A DNA stretch of 64,000 nt from Azolla caroliniana. Lineage: Eukaryota > Plantae > Polypodiophyta. Position 1 is the stretch's first letter, and every line of letters begins with the position of its first letter. The translations under genes and the position numbers were made by a program. The stretch lies in assembly GCA_043228905.1 (NCBI GenBank), contig JBHGNT010000016.1, forward strand, positions 10,044,001-10,108,000. Direction: 5' to 3'. Of the stretch, positions 1-13,889 are shown piece by piece. Below the pieces are notes generated by a model that saw only the letters and a list, made by a program, of their open reading frames with translations, was not told the origin of the DNA and ran no database searches.

Positions 1-2668
1 AAACGGAAAAATTAGAGTATGTGTCGACTACCGGAAGCTTAATGCGGCGATGGTAACTGATGCATTTTCACTTCCATTTACGGATGGAGTTTTGGACGCA
101 GTCACTGGCCATGAGGTATATAGTGTTTTAGACAGATTCAGCGGATACAACCAGATCCGGATGCACCCCGATGACCAGGAGAAAAGGGCTTTCGTCACTG
201 AATGGGGAGTGTTTGTTACCGTAGTGATGATGTTCGGACTAAAAACGGCGCCGGCAACGTTCCAGAGGATCATCATGGAAATGTTCGGAGAATTCATACC
301 GGCATTCATGCAGGTGTTCCTCGACGACTTCACCGTTTACAGTCGGGAAGGAGACCACCTTCAGCACCTCCGATTGTGTCTAGAAAAGTGTAGGGCTTAC
401 CGGCTAAGCCTGAATCCGGCGAAGTGTGTATTCGGCGTGTCCAGCGGAACACTACTGGGGCACATTGTGAGCAAGGAAGGCATCGCCGTGGATCCGGACA
501 AAGTAAAAGCAATCCTGGAGGCACCGGCACCAACAATGGCAAAGGCATTGAGCCGTTTCTTAGGCTAAATCCATTGGCATAGCCGAATGCTCCGGTATTT
601 GGCAAACCTAGCTACACCACTGCATGTTACGGTACACCGAACACCATTCCAGTGGACCGACAACGAAGACAAGACTTATCGGGCACTCAAAGTTCTATTG
701 TCACAAGCGTCGGTAGTGCAACCCCCGGATTGGGCGAAGGAATTTCATGTGTTTGTGGATGCGTCCGACATTGCAATTGGGAGTGCGCTGATATAACTTA
801 CGGAGCCAACATGGTATCGGCCCGTATATTATGCAAGCCTGAAGTTATCCCAAGCCGAACAAAATTATTCCACCACGGAAAGGGAAGCTTTAGGCATGAT
901 CTACAGCGTAACAAAATTCAGGCATTATTTATTGGGAAGAAAGTTTTCCTTCCATGTAGATCGTTCGGCACTCCTCTACCTAGTGTCCAAAGCGTCACTT
1001 ACCGGTAAGTTGGCCCGGTGGACTTTGCTATTACAGGAATTCAAATTCGAGATATTCCACCGACCCGGCATACAGCATGTGGTAGCAAATTATTTAAGCC
1101 GGTTAGATTCTGGCGAAACCGGCGATGGAGTACCGGACGAGTTTCCGGATGCTGAGCTCTTTCGAGTCACCGCAGAAACGGCAACAGATGAAACGGTGGG
1201 ACCCGAAAATAAGTGGCTAACAAATATGCACCAATTTCTGAGCACCGGATTGCCTCCGGAGGAGATGAACCGGGACGAGAGGAAACACCTGGCGGTACAA
1301 AGCCGACGCTTCTGTTTATAACGGGACACACTATACCACAAAGGTGCGGACGGTATATGGCGATGGGCGGTGCGCAGCGACGAGAAGGATATAATACTAC
1401 GGGAAGCACATTGCGGACTCGCCGGAGGCCATTATGCCGGGGATGATACGGCAAGGAAGATATGGCAAAGTGGCCTATGGTGGCCGACTACATTGAAAGA
1501 CGCAGTCCGGTACGTGAAAGAGTGTGATCTATGCCAGCCAATGGGCCAGCCAACGGAACAAGCTAGGATGCCGCACCAGCCAATACTACCGCTAGAACCA
1601 TTTCAGAAATGGGGACTAGATTTTGTCGGACCATTTAAACCACCGGCAATGAGAACTGGCAACCGGTATGTGATCATCGCGACGGACTACTGCACTAAAT
1701 GGGTGGAAGCCAAAGCCATACGAGACAACACCACGGCGTCGATGGCAAAATTCTTATATGAATACATTTGGTGCCCCATAGAGCTGATAAGCGACCAAGG
1801 AGGGCACTTTCTTGGACAGGTAGTGGAGAGCTTGACGTCATTTTATGCGGTAGTACATAAACGGAGCACCCCGTACTACCCACAAGCCAACGGATTAGCT
1901 GAGTCAACAAACAAAACGCTACAGAATATCCTGCGCAAGATCGTCAATGAGAATCAGACAGATTGGGACACGAAGCTGCACAGTGCGCTCTGGGCTTACC
2001 AGACAACGTACAAAACAAGCATTCGAACAACGCCGTTCCGGTTAGCATTCGGATTAGAGGCAGTCATGCCAGTCAAGTTCCCGGTACCGAGCTTACGGAT
2101 CCAGATTCGGGAATGACTTAATGAAAAAGAATCGGAGGCAATTCGGTTAAAGGCTCTGTGTGAACTAGAAGAACACCGACTGGCAAGCATCATGCACCTG
2201 GAATTGGAACAACGACGATGGAAAGCGTTTGTAGATTGGCACCGGAAGGGAAATGAAAAGATGTTCGAAATCGGCAAGTCGGAACTAGTGTTCCAGACCC
2301 GGATGGGTAAAATGCCAGGCAAACTACGGTTTAGATGGACCGGACCGTACTGGATCACACGCGAGTTCAATGAATCCTACCAGTTAGGGACACTTGCCGG
2401 CGAGGTGCTGGGTAAATGGGTCAACGGATTTAGACTAAAGCCATACAAAGGACCTATGCCCAAGAACCCATTTGAACGAAGGGTCGACACCGAATCGGAC
2501 GCCGGCAGGCCAACCAAGACGGCAACCTGTGAGGAAAACGACTACCACCAAGCCGGTAAGGAGGAGCACGAGCCGGCAACCAGGAAGTGCAAAACGATGG
2601 CAAACCATCAAGAGGCCGGCAAGATGCGCGTTTCGGGTAAGGGTCCAGTAGGACCAGAGGCGAAGTAA
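1..2668 (+). pseudogene. pol: Gypsy pol remnant (RT, RNase H, integrase) of element A
   Basis: Motifs VCVDYRKLN, FSGYNQI, FGLKTAPATFQR, VFLDDF, FVDASD, KWGLDFVGP, YYPQANGLAE, GKLRFRWTGPY. Several in-frame stops. Confidence 0.92.
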
Positions 2669-3092
2669 CCTAATAATCACATAATAAAATAATAATAAAA
2701 TAAAAATAAAAATAAAAATTTCGAAACGAATTAAAGAAATCATGCAAAGGAGTGGTGGGAATGGCCATGCAAACGAGGATTAAAGAGGCACTTCGAAAAG
2801 GTACGAGGAGGCTATGAATTGGGCATTAAACCGCCACCACATGGCACGTAATGCTATTATAGTACACGACCTGCACACACGTAGGCTCGAAAAAGGCGCC
2901 AAGATGTAGAGAGAAAAACCCCCACGCATCGAGACCTTCTTCTTTCGCGAACCAAGGAGAACAGACGCAGACAGACGCTTGAAGATCAATCGAAGAGAGC
3001 TCGCGCACATAGAACCCCCTCACTCTGAACTTTCTCTCTCACACTCTCTCCACCGTCAAACCTTGCCAACGCTCTCCAACCTCGACGCAGAG

Positions 3093-4043
3093 ATGGACTT
3101 CGAAACATTGTCTGAAGCCGCCAAGAAATGGCTACGGCAACACGGACTGGAGGGTTTCTTGACGATCATCGAGGCGGCGCCACACAAGGAGGCGGAAAAG
3201 ATTATCAAAGACATTGACACCGAGCTAATCACAAAGGAAGAAATCCGGGCACTAACAGGCCTTCCAGAGGGGGCGAGATCTCCACGATCGACAATCCTAC
3301 CTCCAAGCAGCTCATCAAATATTTTGGTGAGTATTCTATCGCCAGCAAGGGCTACAGGACACAGGGCGGCGAAGATATGTTATTCCGCGAAATTGCCCGT
3401 GTACTCCATGAGTTTGGCCACATATACCCTCGACCCCCCGTTATGCCTCAAAACCGAGCAAGCTTGATTATCGCAACGTACGAAGGGGTCAAGGTGGATT
3501 GGCCGGTGCTGATCGCCGACTGATTGTGCACGGCTATTGATACTGTAAGAGGTAAGGATGGCAAGGAAGGCAAAGAAGGCCGGAAAATATGGCATGCGGT
3601 GACGCAATGGCTCACCCTATTGGCGCCACCTGTCAAGCCCGTCCAGACCAAGAAACAGGGAAGAGCAACGGACGGCACCCCGAAACCTGCTTCAAAACAG
3701 CAACAGTTGTTGGCCTCCAAGGCCACTAAGGGGAAGACGGCTGACGTAGAGAAGGCGACAAAGGAGCGCGCCAGCCGAAAGCGGCCGACGGACACGCACG
3801 AGGAGACACCGGCACGGCCCCTGAAGAGCCCACTCCACCGACCGGTGCAGCAAGAAACGGACACCCTGGCGGCAAGAATGAATGCCGAGACTCGGGAAGA
3901 GGAAACGGAAGAAGAGCCTACGGAGCATCTCCAGCGGTAGCCGACGACGAGGACCGCAAAATCAGCCAGGAAGTGTTCGGACCCACAGAAGGATGGAACG
4001 CCCGCAACCCACACTGAGAATCCCATGCCAAGGGAGGCACTGG
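3093..4043 (+). pseudogene. 5' half of the extra (env-position) ORF of element A
   Basis: KWLRQHGLEGFLTIIEAAPH matches the ORFs at 52447 and 57031 in the same position after pol. Frameshifted, and cut by element B. Confidence 0.7.
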
Positions 4044-5207
4044 TGTCGTGAAGTACGAAAGCTTCACATTAAAAGTCTACAATAAAATATGATAAATATG
4101 TAACTAAAATAACATTTGATCATGTTTTATATATAAAGATAATATTAACAACACATATGATAATATTATATATATGTAAAGAAAAATAATATATATATAT
4201 ATAGATAAATATATATATATAGATAAATATATTATATTACAGGAACAAGAGAGGACTTGAACCAATAACCCCACCCTATGACTCTCAAATCTTACCATTT
4301 ATTCTATACTAGTAATATACATAAATAAAGCATACTTTATATATACTTTATATTACATAAAGGATTTGCTTCATGATATAAAAATAGAGTTGTATGTTGT
4401 ATTCAATAGTATTTTGAGACTCGAACCCACAACCTCATACACCAAAGTCAACACACCTACCATTAGGCTAGGCCCTTTCTCTTTAAGATTATATTTTCAT
4501 GTTTATTGTTATTGCATATATTGTTTCAAACATAAAAGCTCAAATGAGTGAGATGTTTATCATGCATCACATGTAATGCATGAACGCCAAATGGCGATCA
4601 TGCATCACATGCATTTCATGCACTACATGCATGACTTGTACCCTCCAATGCATCATATGCATGGGGGCACCTATTTAAATGGTGAAAGAGAAGATCAAAG
4701 GAAGGGATATGTATGAGATATCAATCAAATTATGTATTACATAAGAGATACCATAAAAATAGAGAAAGAGGGGAAGAAGTTGAACATAAACATGGAGCTC
4801 TAGCTTGGCGGTCGTGGTGGTCAACTCTCAACAAGAGGGAGGCGGTTCGAGCCTTATCTTCATCAAAATATTGAAGTGAAGATTGTAGTGGTCTACGATC
4901 AAGAAAGAGAAGAGCGATTACCTTGCAAGACAAAGTTCGGAGGTTCAACGACGTGCACAATCATTTTGTAACTCTTTCATGAAAATGATTATAAATTTCA
5001 TACACTTTCTCATATATTATTTTATATCTTATCTTGACTTATCTTATATTCCTTAAAAATCCTATTTTGTCATATCTTATTGATATCTATTCACTCCATC
5101 TCTACTCTTTCGTCTCTTCCGTCCATAATCCCAGTGATTCCTTCCTCACTTTCACGTTATCCTTTGTGTGAGCAGCGCTACGCTTCTAGGCGAGCCACGT
5201 CCCGACA
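4044..5207 (+). repeat. 5' LTR of element B
   Basis: Direct repeat of 10696-11797; TG...CA termini; longer than the 3' LTR because of indels including a longer TA run. Confidence 0.93.
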
Positions 5208-5212
5208 CAACT

Positions 5213-5230
5213 TGGTGAACCCGACATGAA
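5213..5230 (+). promoter_or_regulatory. Primer binding site complementary to tRNA-Trp
   Basis: TGGTGAACCCGACATGAA matches 17/18 the complement of the plant tRNA-Trp 3' end (...TTCACGTCGGGTTCACCA, recalled), 5 nt after the LTR. Confidence 0.8.
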
Positions 5231-5274
5231 ATAGGGAAGTAGAAGAGACATCTAAAGTAAAGATCAACATCAAC

Positions 5275-7223
5275 ATGGCAAGTACGAGTACAATGGATCC
5301 GGTAATGTTGTTTATTGAAAAGTTGAATCAAGATCGATTATTTGATGCCTTACGAGAAGTCCGAGAGAAGATTGGTATGTTTGAAGGTACAAATATTTCA
5401 AAGTATGTCAATATATATTATGATGAAATGGAAATGTTTGGTGTGAATGATGTCAATATGATAGCAAACTTTTATAAACTAGTGGAAATGGAATTAAGAG
5501 ATAGAATTCGTGAAATACAAGCATTGCATAGTTTGGATTGGAATGCATTCAAAGAAGCGCTTGTGACTGAATATTCTCGTGAAGATTTCTCTCGAGTTAC
5601 TATGCGTTCATTTCATGAATGGATCTTAAAAGAAGATAAAGGGTTGTCTGTGGCTAACATAAAAAAAGAGTTTGATAGGATGTATGGACACTTAAAGCCA
5701 GAAGAAAGAAATTCTTTGTCTTGGCAAAAGGTTGCTTTATTTTTGCAGGCAGTTGACAAGAGATATAGAAAAGAATTGGAATTTATGCTTGAAGTGCCAA
5801 ATACCGAGGATGGTATAACGGCAGATTGGAATGAGGTAACAAATGCTTGTAATAAATTTATGAAAAGAATGCAACGGAATGGTGTAATGCTACAAATACC
5901 ACATATGGGAATCCTGAATCGGCTTGATCAAAACATCGAAGTTTAAAGACATGGTCGAGAACCATCACACCAAATGGTCCATCAACCACGAGAAATAATC
6001 GAAACTAAGAGTGAGTCTTTGCTTGATGATTTAGTTCAAAGTATGAAAGATCTAACAATTAAAGTGGCAAAGCTTGAGAATGGTCAGACTTCGAGGTCAA
6101 GGGAACCATTTCGACCTCGATGCATGTGGTGTGATAGTCTCGAACATCGATTACGTGATTGTGCGGAATATAAAGACATGGAAAATCGAGACTTGGTGTA
6201 TTGGAAAAATGGTAATATTTATTTAACTGAAACTAGAAGTCCACTTACAAAGAACTTTGGTGATGGTGGTGTTAAGGTTAAATTTGAAGAAGCTGAAGCA
6301 AAGAAGGCTTCCGCAATGTACTACTCGGCAACGGCAGGGATGCGCCTTGATGACATGCCATCCCGATCACCATTCTAGGAGAAGGTTGTAAGTACCGCAC
6401 AAAAGCAAAAGATGAAGATGGAAGACCTTCGTGTTGCCGGAGATTCTGTAAGGAAAAACACTGGATGGGATGTTCTAGTAGATGCTATGACGGTCTATGC
6501 TCAGATGGCAGAACACCAAGAGCATGAGGTGATAGTGGAAGAAAAAAAGGAAAAGGCCGGATGGTGAGATTGGCTCAACAAAAAAGCATGAGACAAGAGA
6601 CAACAAAAGAGACAAATCCGAAGGTGGCATATGAGGTGGTGAGCAACGAGTCAAACGATATCGTTGTTGACTCTCAACATGCATCAACCTCAATGATAAA
6701 TTCAACAAATGTAAGAAGCCATTACTCTCGCAAATGTTGGGCAAGAGCCACTACTGAGCATCATGTGAAGATTGGAAATATTCCAGACCCCGTGATGGCA
6801 CTTATTGATCATGGTTCTAAAATAAATATAATGAGTGCTGATTTTTACAGGAAAGGTAGATGGCCAATTGATACTCAACATGGTTGGCGAGTAAAAGTTG
6901 CCACATCAGTCACGGAAGATTTATTTGGTGCATGCCCAAATGTAAAGGTTACTATTGGTGATATAGAGGTAGATCAACATTTCTTTGTGCAGGAAGGATC
7001 TACCTATCCAATAATCCTGGGGCAACCATACATTACAGCGGTACGAATGGAGACCAATGTCCTCGACAATGGTTCTGCCTATGTGAAAATCCGTAGCCAA
7101 GATGGACGACGAACTGTACAATTTATGACAGTTCGCCCAAATCATGAGAGGAACAAGCAAGAACTTCGTGATCATTCAATACCAAAAGATTGTGATTATT
7201 TTGATAATCAGGTTTTTGACTAG
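5275..7223 (+). pseudogene. gag: gag and aspartic protease of element B
   Basis: CMWCDSLEHRLRDC zinc knuckle and ALIDHGS protease motif; broken by stops and frameshifts. Confidence 0.8.
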
Positions 7224-7400
7224 GACTGTTGCGAGTGAGGGTTGCAATAGTCCCATTATTAAAAGACCCTCATATAGGGCATTACAACATATGAATAAGT
7301 CATTTCATGTTTCTGAAAGTGGTGCTATATGTGTGACTAGGATGTATGAATGCAAGAGGAACTTGAAAAAGAATGCTAATCTATTTCAGCAGGCATTGAA

Positions 7401-10400
7401 ATGGAAGAGCAGATTGAAAGTGTTATGGAAGAAATTTCTTTTGCAAATACTTTAGAAGAGTTAGAAATGTATTTGAAAGAAGATGATGAGAATGTTAGAA
7501 AGATACATGTAAACTCAATTGATATGTATTATGAGATTGATAGGTATAATTGTAAATATGAAGAAGTAGAAAGTTTATGTAATACAAAATACAAAACAAT
7601 AGATAAAAAGGTCAAACCTGCTGCAGTACCATTACCTATTGGTAGTGAAGAGAAGATGGAGGTAGCAGCAACCGAGCCTATGCTTCGACCAATAGAGAAG
7701 ATTGGACATCACTTCACTTCGGAGACAATAAATAACTTGAGAATCGGAAGGGGTGAATTTCTTCTGCAATCAGAGATCGCAACTTTCAAAGAAATGATCT
7801 TTAGGCATGGGAAAACGTTCGCATTCAAAGCTGAGGAGATTGGTTGTGTAAATCCAAAGGTGGTGACGCCAATGGTAATATTTACTATCCCTCATATTCC
7901 TTGGAATTTTAAACCTATTGCAGTACCGAGAGCTCGATTACCTCAATTGTTGGAGCTGCTGAAGGATAAAGTCAAGATGAAGATTTTAGAGCCTTCAAAT
8001 GCACCATACTCCAATAGATGGTTCACAGTTCCAAAGAAAGATGGTTCTCTAAGATTTATTCAAGATCTACAACCAGTCAACAAAGTCACAATCCGAAATG
8101 CGGGAATCGGACCGATCGTTGATGAATTTGTGGAAGCGTTTGCTGGAAGAGCGATTTACTCTGTGGGAGACCTATATTCAGGATACGACCAATTTCAACT
8201 AGCAATTGATAGTCGCAATATCACAACAATGAAAACACCAATTGGGTTGGTTCGAATGTGCACTCTACCTCAAGGTGCGACGAATTCAGTTGCTCATATG
8301 ATGAATGCAATGAACAAAGTTCTACATGAATACATCCCAAAGGTAACTATGCCATTTTTAGATGATATTCCTATTAAGGGATGCTTAGAAAGAGAGAAAG
8401 ATGAGACTATGGTTGGAAATGGTTGCAGAAAGTTTGTGATGGATCACATTAATGATTGTGAAAGTATTTTAAATAAGCTTGAGCAGGTACATTTGACACT
8501 ATCAGGAACAAAGTCAAGTTTTGGGCAGAACGAAGTTCTGATAGTTGGTCATATGTGTGGCTGGTATGGGAGGAAGCCTTCACCGATCAAAATTAATGCA
8601 ATACAAAATATGAAGGAAGTTTGCGACTCGGTAACAGAGGTGAGAAGATTTTTGGGTGCATGTGTGTTTTATCATATTTGGTTACCACACTTTGCACATG
8701 TCTCAGATCCTCTCTACCAACTGTTAAGAAAAGGGAAGAAGTTTATTTGGACTAATGAACATACACAAGTTGTTCAACAGCTGAAAGAAGCATTACTGAA
8801 AGCACTAGTTCTTCGTCAACCAGACTACAAAGGTGAAAGATGAATTATAGTAACAGTTGATACTAGCCCAATCGGGATCGGTTGGGTTGTCAACCAAGAA
8901 GATGAAGACCAACATCGATATGCTATCAGATTTGGAGCAAAGATATTAAATGAAAGATAAAGAAACTATGCACAAGTTAAACGAGAATTGTGGGGTTTGC
9001 TTACTGCATTAAAAACAGATAGAGATTACTTGATCAGAGCAGATGTAGTGGTTGAAACAGATTGTTTGCCACTCATTCGAATGATACCAAGTTGCACAAT
9101 ACCAGATATTGCAATGCTTCGGTGGATTGCATACATCAGAACCATGAACCCAGAATTGCGGCATATAAAGGGAAAAGACAACCCAGTTGTAGATATGTTG
9201 TCAAGGGCAGGGTTCATAAATGAAAAGGTGATGCAAATTGAAGATAAGAACTGGGCAACTACAAGCCATCAATTTGCTCATCAAGAATCTATTACGCCTC
9301 ATGATGAGTTTAATGTAAGTATAATGTTCAAAGACATAGAGTATGAAGGTCAATGGTTAGAAATAGGAAATTTTCTAAAGACTCAAGAAGCCAACCCATA
9401 ATGGTCGAAGAAACAATTAAATGAATTTCGAAGACGAGCATTCAAGTTTTTTTTACATGAAGGGCATTTATGGAGGCGTCCAAAAAGGCCAACCGAAAAT
9501 CCTCTTCGAGTCATTTGTAAGGATGACATTAAGAGAAAATTAATTAATGAATTCCATGATAGTTTGTGGGCAGGACATAGAAGCATATGGGCGACATTTA
9601 TGAAGTTGAAAGAAAAGTATTGGTGGCGACATATGTATAAAGATGTAACGAAATTTGTGGAAACCTGTTAGGTTTGCCAGAGGTATTCAACTATCCGATA
9701 TCGAGATGAGCTAAAACCAACATATTCATCATCAATGCATTATAAATGGATGGTCGATCTAGTGACAATGCCACTTGGGGAAGGTCAAATGCGATATTTA
9801 GTACTAGCAAGAGAAGATCTTACAAACCAAGTAGAAGGAAGACCACTACGACAAAAAACAACTAGAGCTGTATGTAAATTTTTGTTAGAAGATGTAATAT
9901 GTCGTTACGGGTGTGTTGGTAAAATAATTGCAGATAGAGGAGAACTCAACTCTGATGAAGCTAGAGAATTCTTCAGCCGAATAGGGGTCAAATTATCACT
10001 TACAACTGCGTATAATCCAGAAGCCAATGGAAAGATTGAAAGAGGACATAGCCCAATAGTTAAGGTGATCGTGAAAAGCTGTAAAGGTAAAATAAGAGAT
10101 TGGCCACGCATGCTACCTTATGCACTATGGGCGGATCGAACAACTCATAGTTCAGTAACAGGATACATGCCAGCTGAATTGATACTTGGCCAAAAGCCCA
10201 TCATGCTGATAGAAGAATCAATTATGTCATGGATATCTATTCCATGGAGAGAAGAGGTGAGTAGAGAAGAATTACTTGCTTTGCGAATTCAACAATTAGA
10301 GCGTCGACTTGAAGATATAGAAATAGCAGCCCAACGATTGAAGGAGGCTCGACTAAAGAATAAAATCCGTTTTGATAAAAGTCATAGAATTCGACCTAAG

Positions 10401-10655
10401 AAAATAGAAGAAGGAGATTGGGTGCTCGTGTATGATAGCAGTTTAGATAATCAACATAGCACCGTCCGCAAGTTCACTGAAAGATGGTTTGGGCCTTATA
10501 TAGTAAGAAAAGTATATGATAACTTTACTTATAAGCTTAGTGAATTGGATGGGACACTAATCCTAAACGTGGTAGCTGGAAAGAGGATAAAAGTATTTAA
10601 GAAAAGGTTTGAGCTTGAACCTCCTCCAATAGATCAACATGAAGATGAAAGATAG
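7401..10655 (+). pseudogene. pol: pol (RT, RNase H, integrase) of element B
   Basis: LRFIQDLQPVN, DLYSGYDQF, PFLDDI, VDTSP, AYNPEANGKIER, WFGPY; several premature stops; PPT AGAGGGGGTGGA follows at 10684-10695. Confidence 0.92.
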
Positions 10656-10695
10656 TGGCACATGCCGGAGGATGTGTAGGTCTAGAGGGGGTGGA

Positions 10696-11797
10696 TGTCG
10701 TGAAGTACAAAAGCTTCACATTAAAAGTCTACAATAAGATAAATACGTAACTAAAATAACATTTGATCATGTTTTATATATAAAGATAATATTAACAACA
10801 CATATGATAATATTATATATATGTAAAGAAAAATAATATATATATATAGATAAATATATTATATTACAGGAACAAGAGAGGACTTGAACCAATAACCCCA
10901 CCCTATGACTCTCAAATCTTACCATTTATTCTATACTAGTAATATACATAAAATAAAGCATACTTTATATATACTTTATATTACATAAAGGATTTGCTTC
11001 ATGATATAAAATTAAAGTTGTATGTTGTATTCAATAATATTTTGAGACTCAAACCCACAAACTCATACACCAAAGTCAACACACCTACCATTAGGCTAGG
11101 CCCTTTCTCTTTAAGATTATATTTTCATGTTTACTGTTATTGCATATATTGTTTCAAACATAAAAGCTCAAATGAGCGAGATGTTTATCATGCATCACAT
11201 GCATTTCATGCACTACATGCATGACTTGTACCCTCCAATGCATCATATGCATGGGGGCACCTATTTAAATGGTGAAAGAGAAGATCAAAGGAAGGGATAT
11301 GTATGAGATATCAATCAAATTATGTATTACATAAGAGATACCATAAAAATAGAGAAAGAGGGGAAGAAGTTGAACATAAACATGGAGCTCTAGCTTGGCG
11401 GTCGTGGTGGTCAACTCTCAACAAGAGGGAGGCGGTTCAAGCCTTATCTTCATCAAAATATTGAAGTGAAGATTGTAGTGGTCTACGATCAAGAAAAAGA
11501 AGAGTGATTACCTTGCAAGACAAAGTTCGGAGGTTCAACGACGTGCACAATCATTTTGTAAATCTTTCACGAAAATGATTATAAATTTCATACACTTTCT
11601 CATATATTATTTTATATCTTATCTTGTCTTATCTTATATTCCTTAAAAATCCTATTTTGTCATATCTTATTGATATCTATTCATTCCATCTCTACTCTTT
11701 CGTCTCTTCCGTTCATAATCCCAGTGATTCCTTCCTCACTTTTACGTTATCCTTTGTGTGCGCAACGCTACGCTTCTAGGCGAGCCACGTCACGACA
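10696..11797 (+). repeat. 3' LTR of element B
   Basis: Direct repeat of 4044-5207, preceded by the PPT. Confidence 0.93.
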
Positions 11798-11801
11798 CCA
11801 G

Positions 11802-13603
11802 AACCGGTCATAGAATTCCCTGCACAACAGGGAGCACTGGCAAGCCTCGTAACTCAAGAGCCGGTTATACAAATGCCAACCTCCTCAGCCGGCCAAGAAC
11901 AAGCAGACAAGGAGCGGCCAGCCAAAACACACCCAGAACCGGAACGACAAAGTGGTCAGCAGGCAGAAGCAGAAGTGCAGCTCGACGCAATTAGGCGGGA
12001 CCGGCCATTTACAAGCGAACCCATCAGCCAACCCTCCGCGCAAGCGCACCAAACAGTGCACCGGCAGCCAATGGCTCCGATGGATAGGAGAACAAATTTC
12101 CGGAGTAGTCGGATACGTAGAGGCGGAAGAACGAGCGTAGATGGAACGGTTGCTAGTCACAACCAATGAACTAGAGACGGCCCAGTCAAGAATCCGGGGC
12201 CTCAAACAAGACTTGGATCGGGTCACAGAAGACATAGCCAAAATGGCCTTAACCGCAACACATATCCAAGCACCGGTGACTCCGATGGATGTACATACAA
12301 AAAAGACCCCGTAGACAGAAACTGTTTCGGAGAAAGATGCGGCGCAAGCCCAAGAGCTTGCCGAATTAAGGGACGAACTTCCCGCACAAGAAGCACTACG
12401 GAGCCGCAAACGAGATTTGAAGAAAGCGGCAGAAGAGGAGTTAAGGAAAACTGCTGAAAACCTCCGCCGGCAGAAGAAAATCTGCGGAAAGGGCATCAAG
12501 CTTATGACCGGCTAAAGGAGGAAAAAGAAAAATTGTTGTAGGAGAAGGACAAGTTGTGGTTGATGGCGGAGACGGAAATCGAAAGGCTGAAGGAATAACT
12601 CCATCAACAGAAGGACCGGGAGGACCGCGCGCACCGGTAGATCAACCAGAGGCTGAAGCAGAAGACCGATGATTTTGATCATCTGCACCAGGACTACAAG
12701 CAGCTGGAGACGGAGTATAAGCAACAGCAGGAAAGGATGGCCGAGCTCCGACAGGAAGTTGATAGGGCCACAACGGCACTCACCGACGAACGAGCTGAGA
12801 ATACAAAGCTATTGGAGGAAGCGTCGAGGGACCGGATGGAGCTCCACAAGCAGAACCATGAAGAAAAGGAAAGGGCGACAATGGTGTTACAGAGGTTGCA
12901 AACAACCTATCAAAGTCAATTGTCGCATTATAGGGAGCAGGAGGCGGACATGGTCAGAATCATCAAGCAATTGAAAGAGGAGTGACAAGCCGCGGAGAAC
13001 AAATCACAGATGGGAACCGAACGCATTCAGTGCATCCTCCGGGCATGGCTCACGAAGACGAAACGCTTGATTGACGAGAGCTTTGTGCGATGGTGGACGA
13101 AATGGGCGCAAAATACGGAGAACTCCAATTGCTCAGGGCGGACGTGGAAAATCGGCGGAAGGAAGGTGACGACTGTTATACGCTGACATCGGAGGACTTT
13201 ACCACCATAAGGGATGAGCTGGCCGAAGATTTCAAAGCCTTGGTGGATGAACAATTGATGCAGGTCCGACAGCTCATAGCTCAACTGGACGACAATCGGT
13301 TGGAGGCTCAAATCTAGTTTGAGAGCTATGAGCGGTCCCGGCTTCGGGAAGAAAAAGCAAGGAAAGCGGCAACGATCAACCTTAGTGATGAGGAACCGTC
13401 GCCAGTACAAGGACCAGACGGGGACCAGGCCGGGGTCGGTCAGCCGAAGACAACTCCGATGGAGGAAACAACGAAGGAAACGTCGGTGCCAAAGCGACAA
13501 ACGGATCAGCAGCCCCAAACGGAGCAGCCACCGCAACAGCCACAAACGGAACAGCAGCCACAGCAACAACAACAGATTTCCGACGAGCCATTGGAAATTG
13601 TAG
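11802..13603 (+). pseudogene. 3' half of the extra ORF of element A (charged, coiled-coil-like)
   Basis: E/K/Q/R-rich fragments. YTLTSEDFTTIRDELAEDFKALVDE resembles FYKLNEEGIVAVREDLA at ~54090. Confidence 0.6.
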
Positions 13604-13889
13604 AGCAAAGCATTCTGGATATTTTGGATGAAGAGTAGCAGGGCCGGATAATGGGTTCGACGTACAAGGTACTGTCCTACAGGCGTGGCATGTGTTACCC
13701 GGCCGGCAACCAAGGCTTAAGGATGTCCAGACCAGAGTGTGAAAGGAATAGTTTATTCGGGAACTGTTGTAATTATTTTATTAATATGGACGGACAGACC
13801 GGAATCTATATGCCGATCCGGATCCGGACCGATTTCGAATAGGTGCCAGTTGGCACCGTTTTGTACTTCACACCGGAGACCTATATAAA

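Larger units (their letters stand above)
4044..11797 (+). mobile_element. Full-length Ty3/Gypsy non-chromovirus element B (Phygy-like), decayed ORFs
   Basis: Paired LTRs TGTCGTG...CGACA, tRNA-Trp PBS, gag-PR-RT-RH-INT, PPT, degenerate 4-bp TSD CTGG/CCAG. Lineage label is inference from the PBS, TSD and lack of a chromodomain. Confidence 0.92.
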
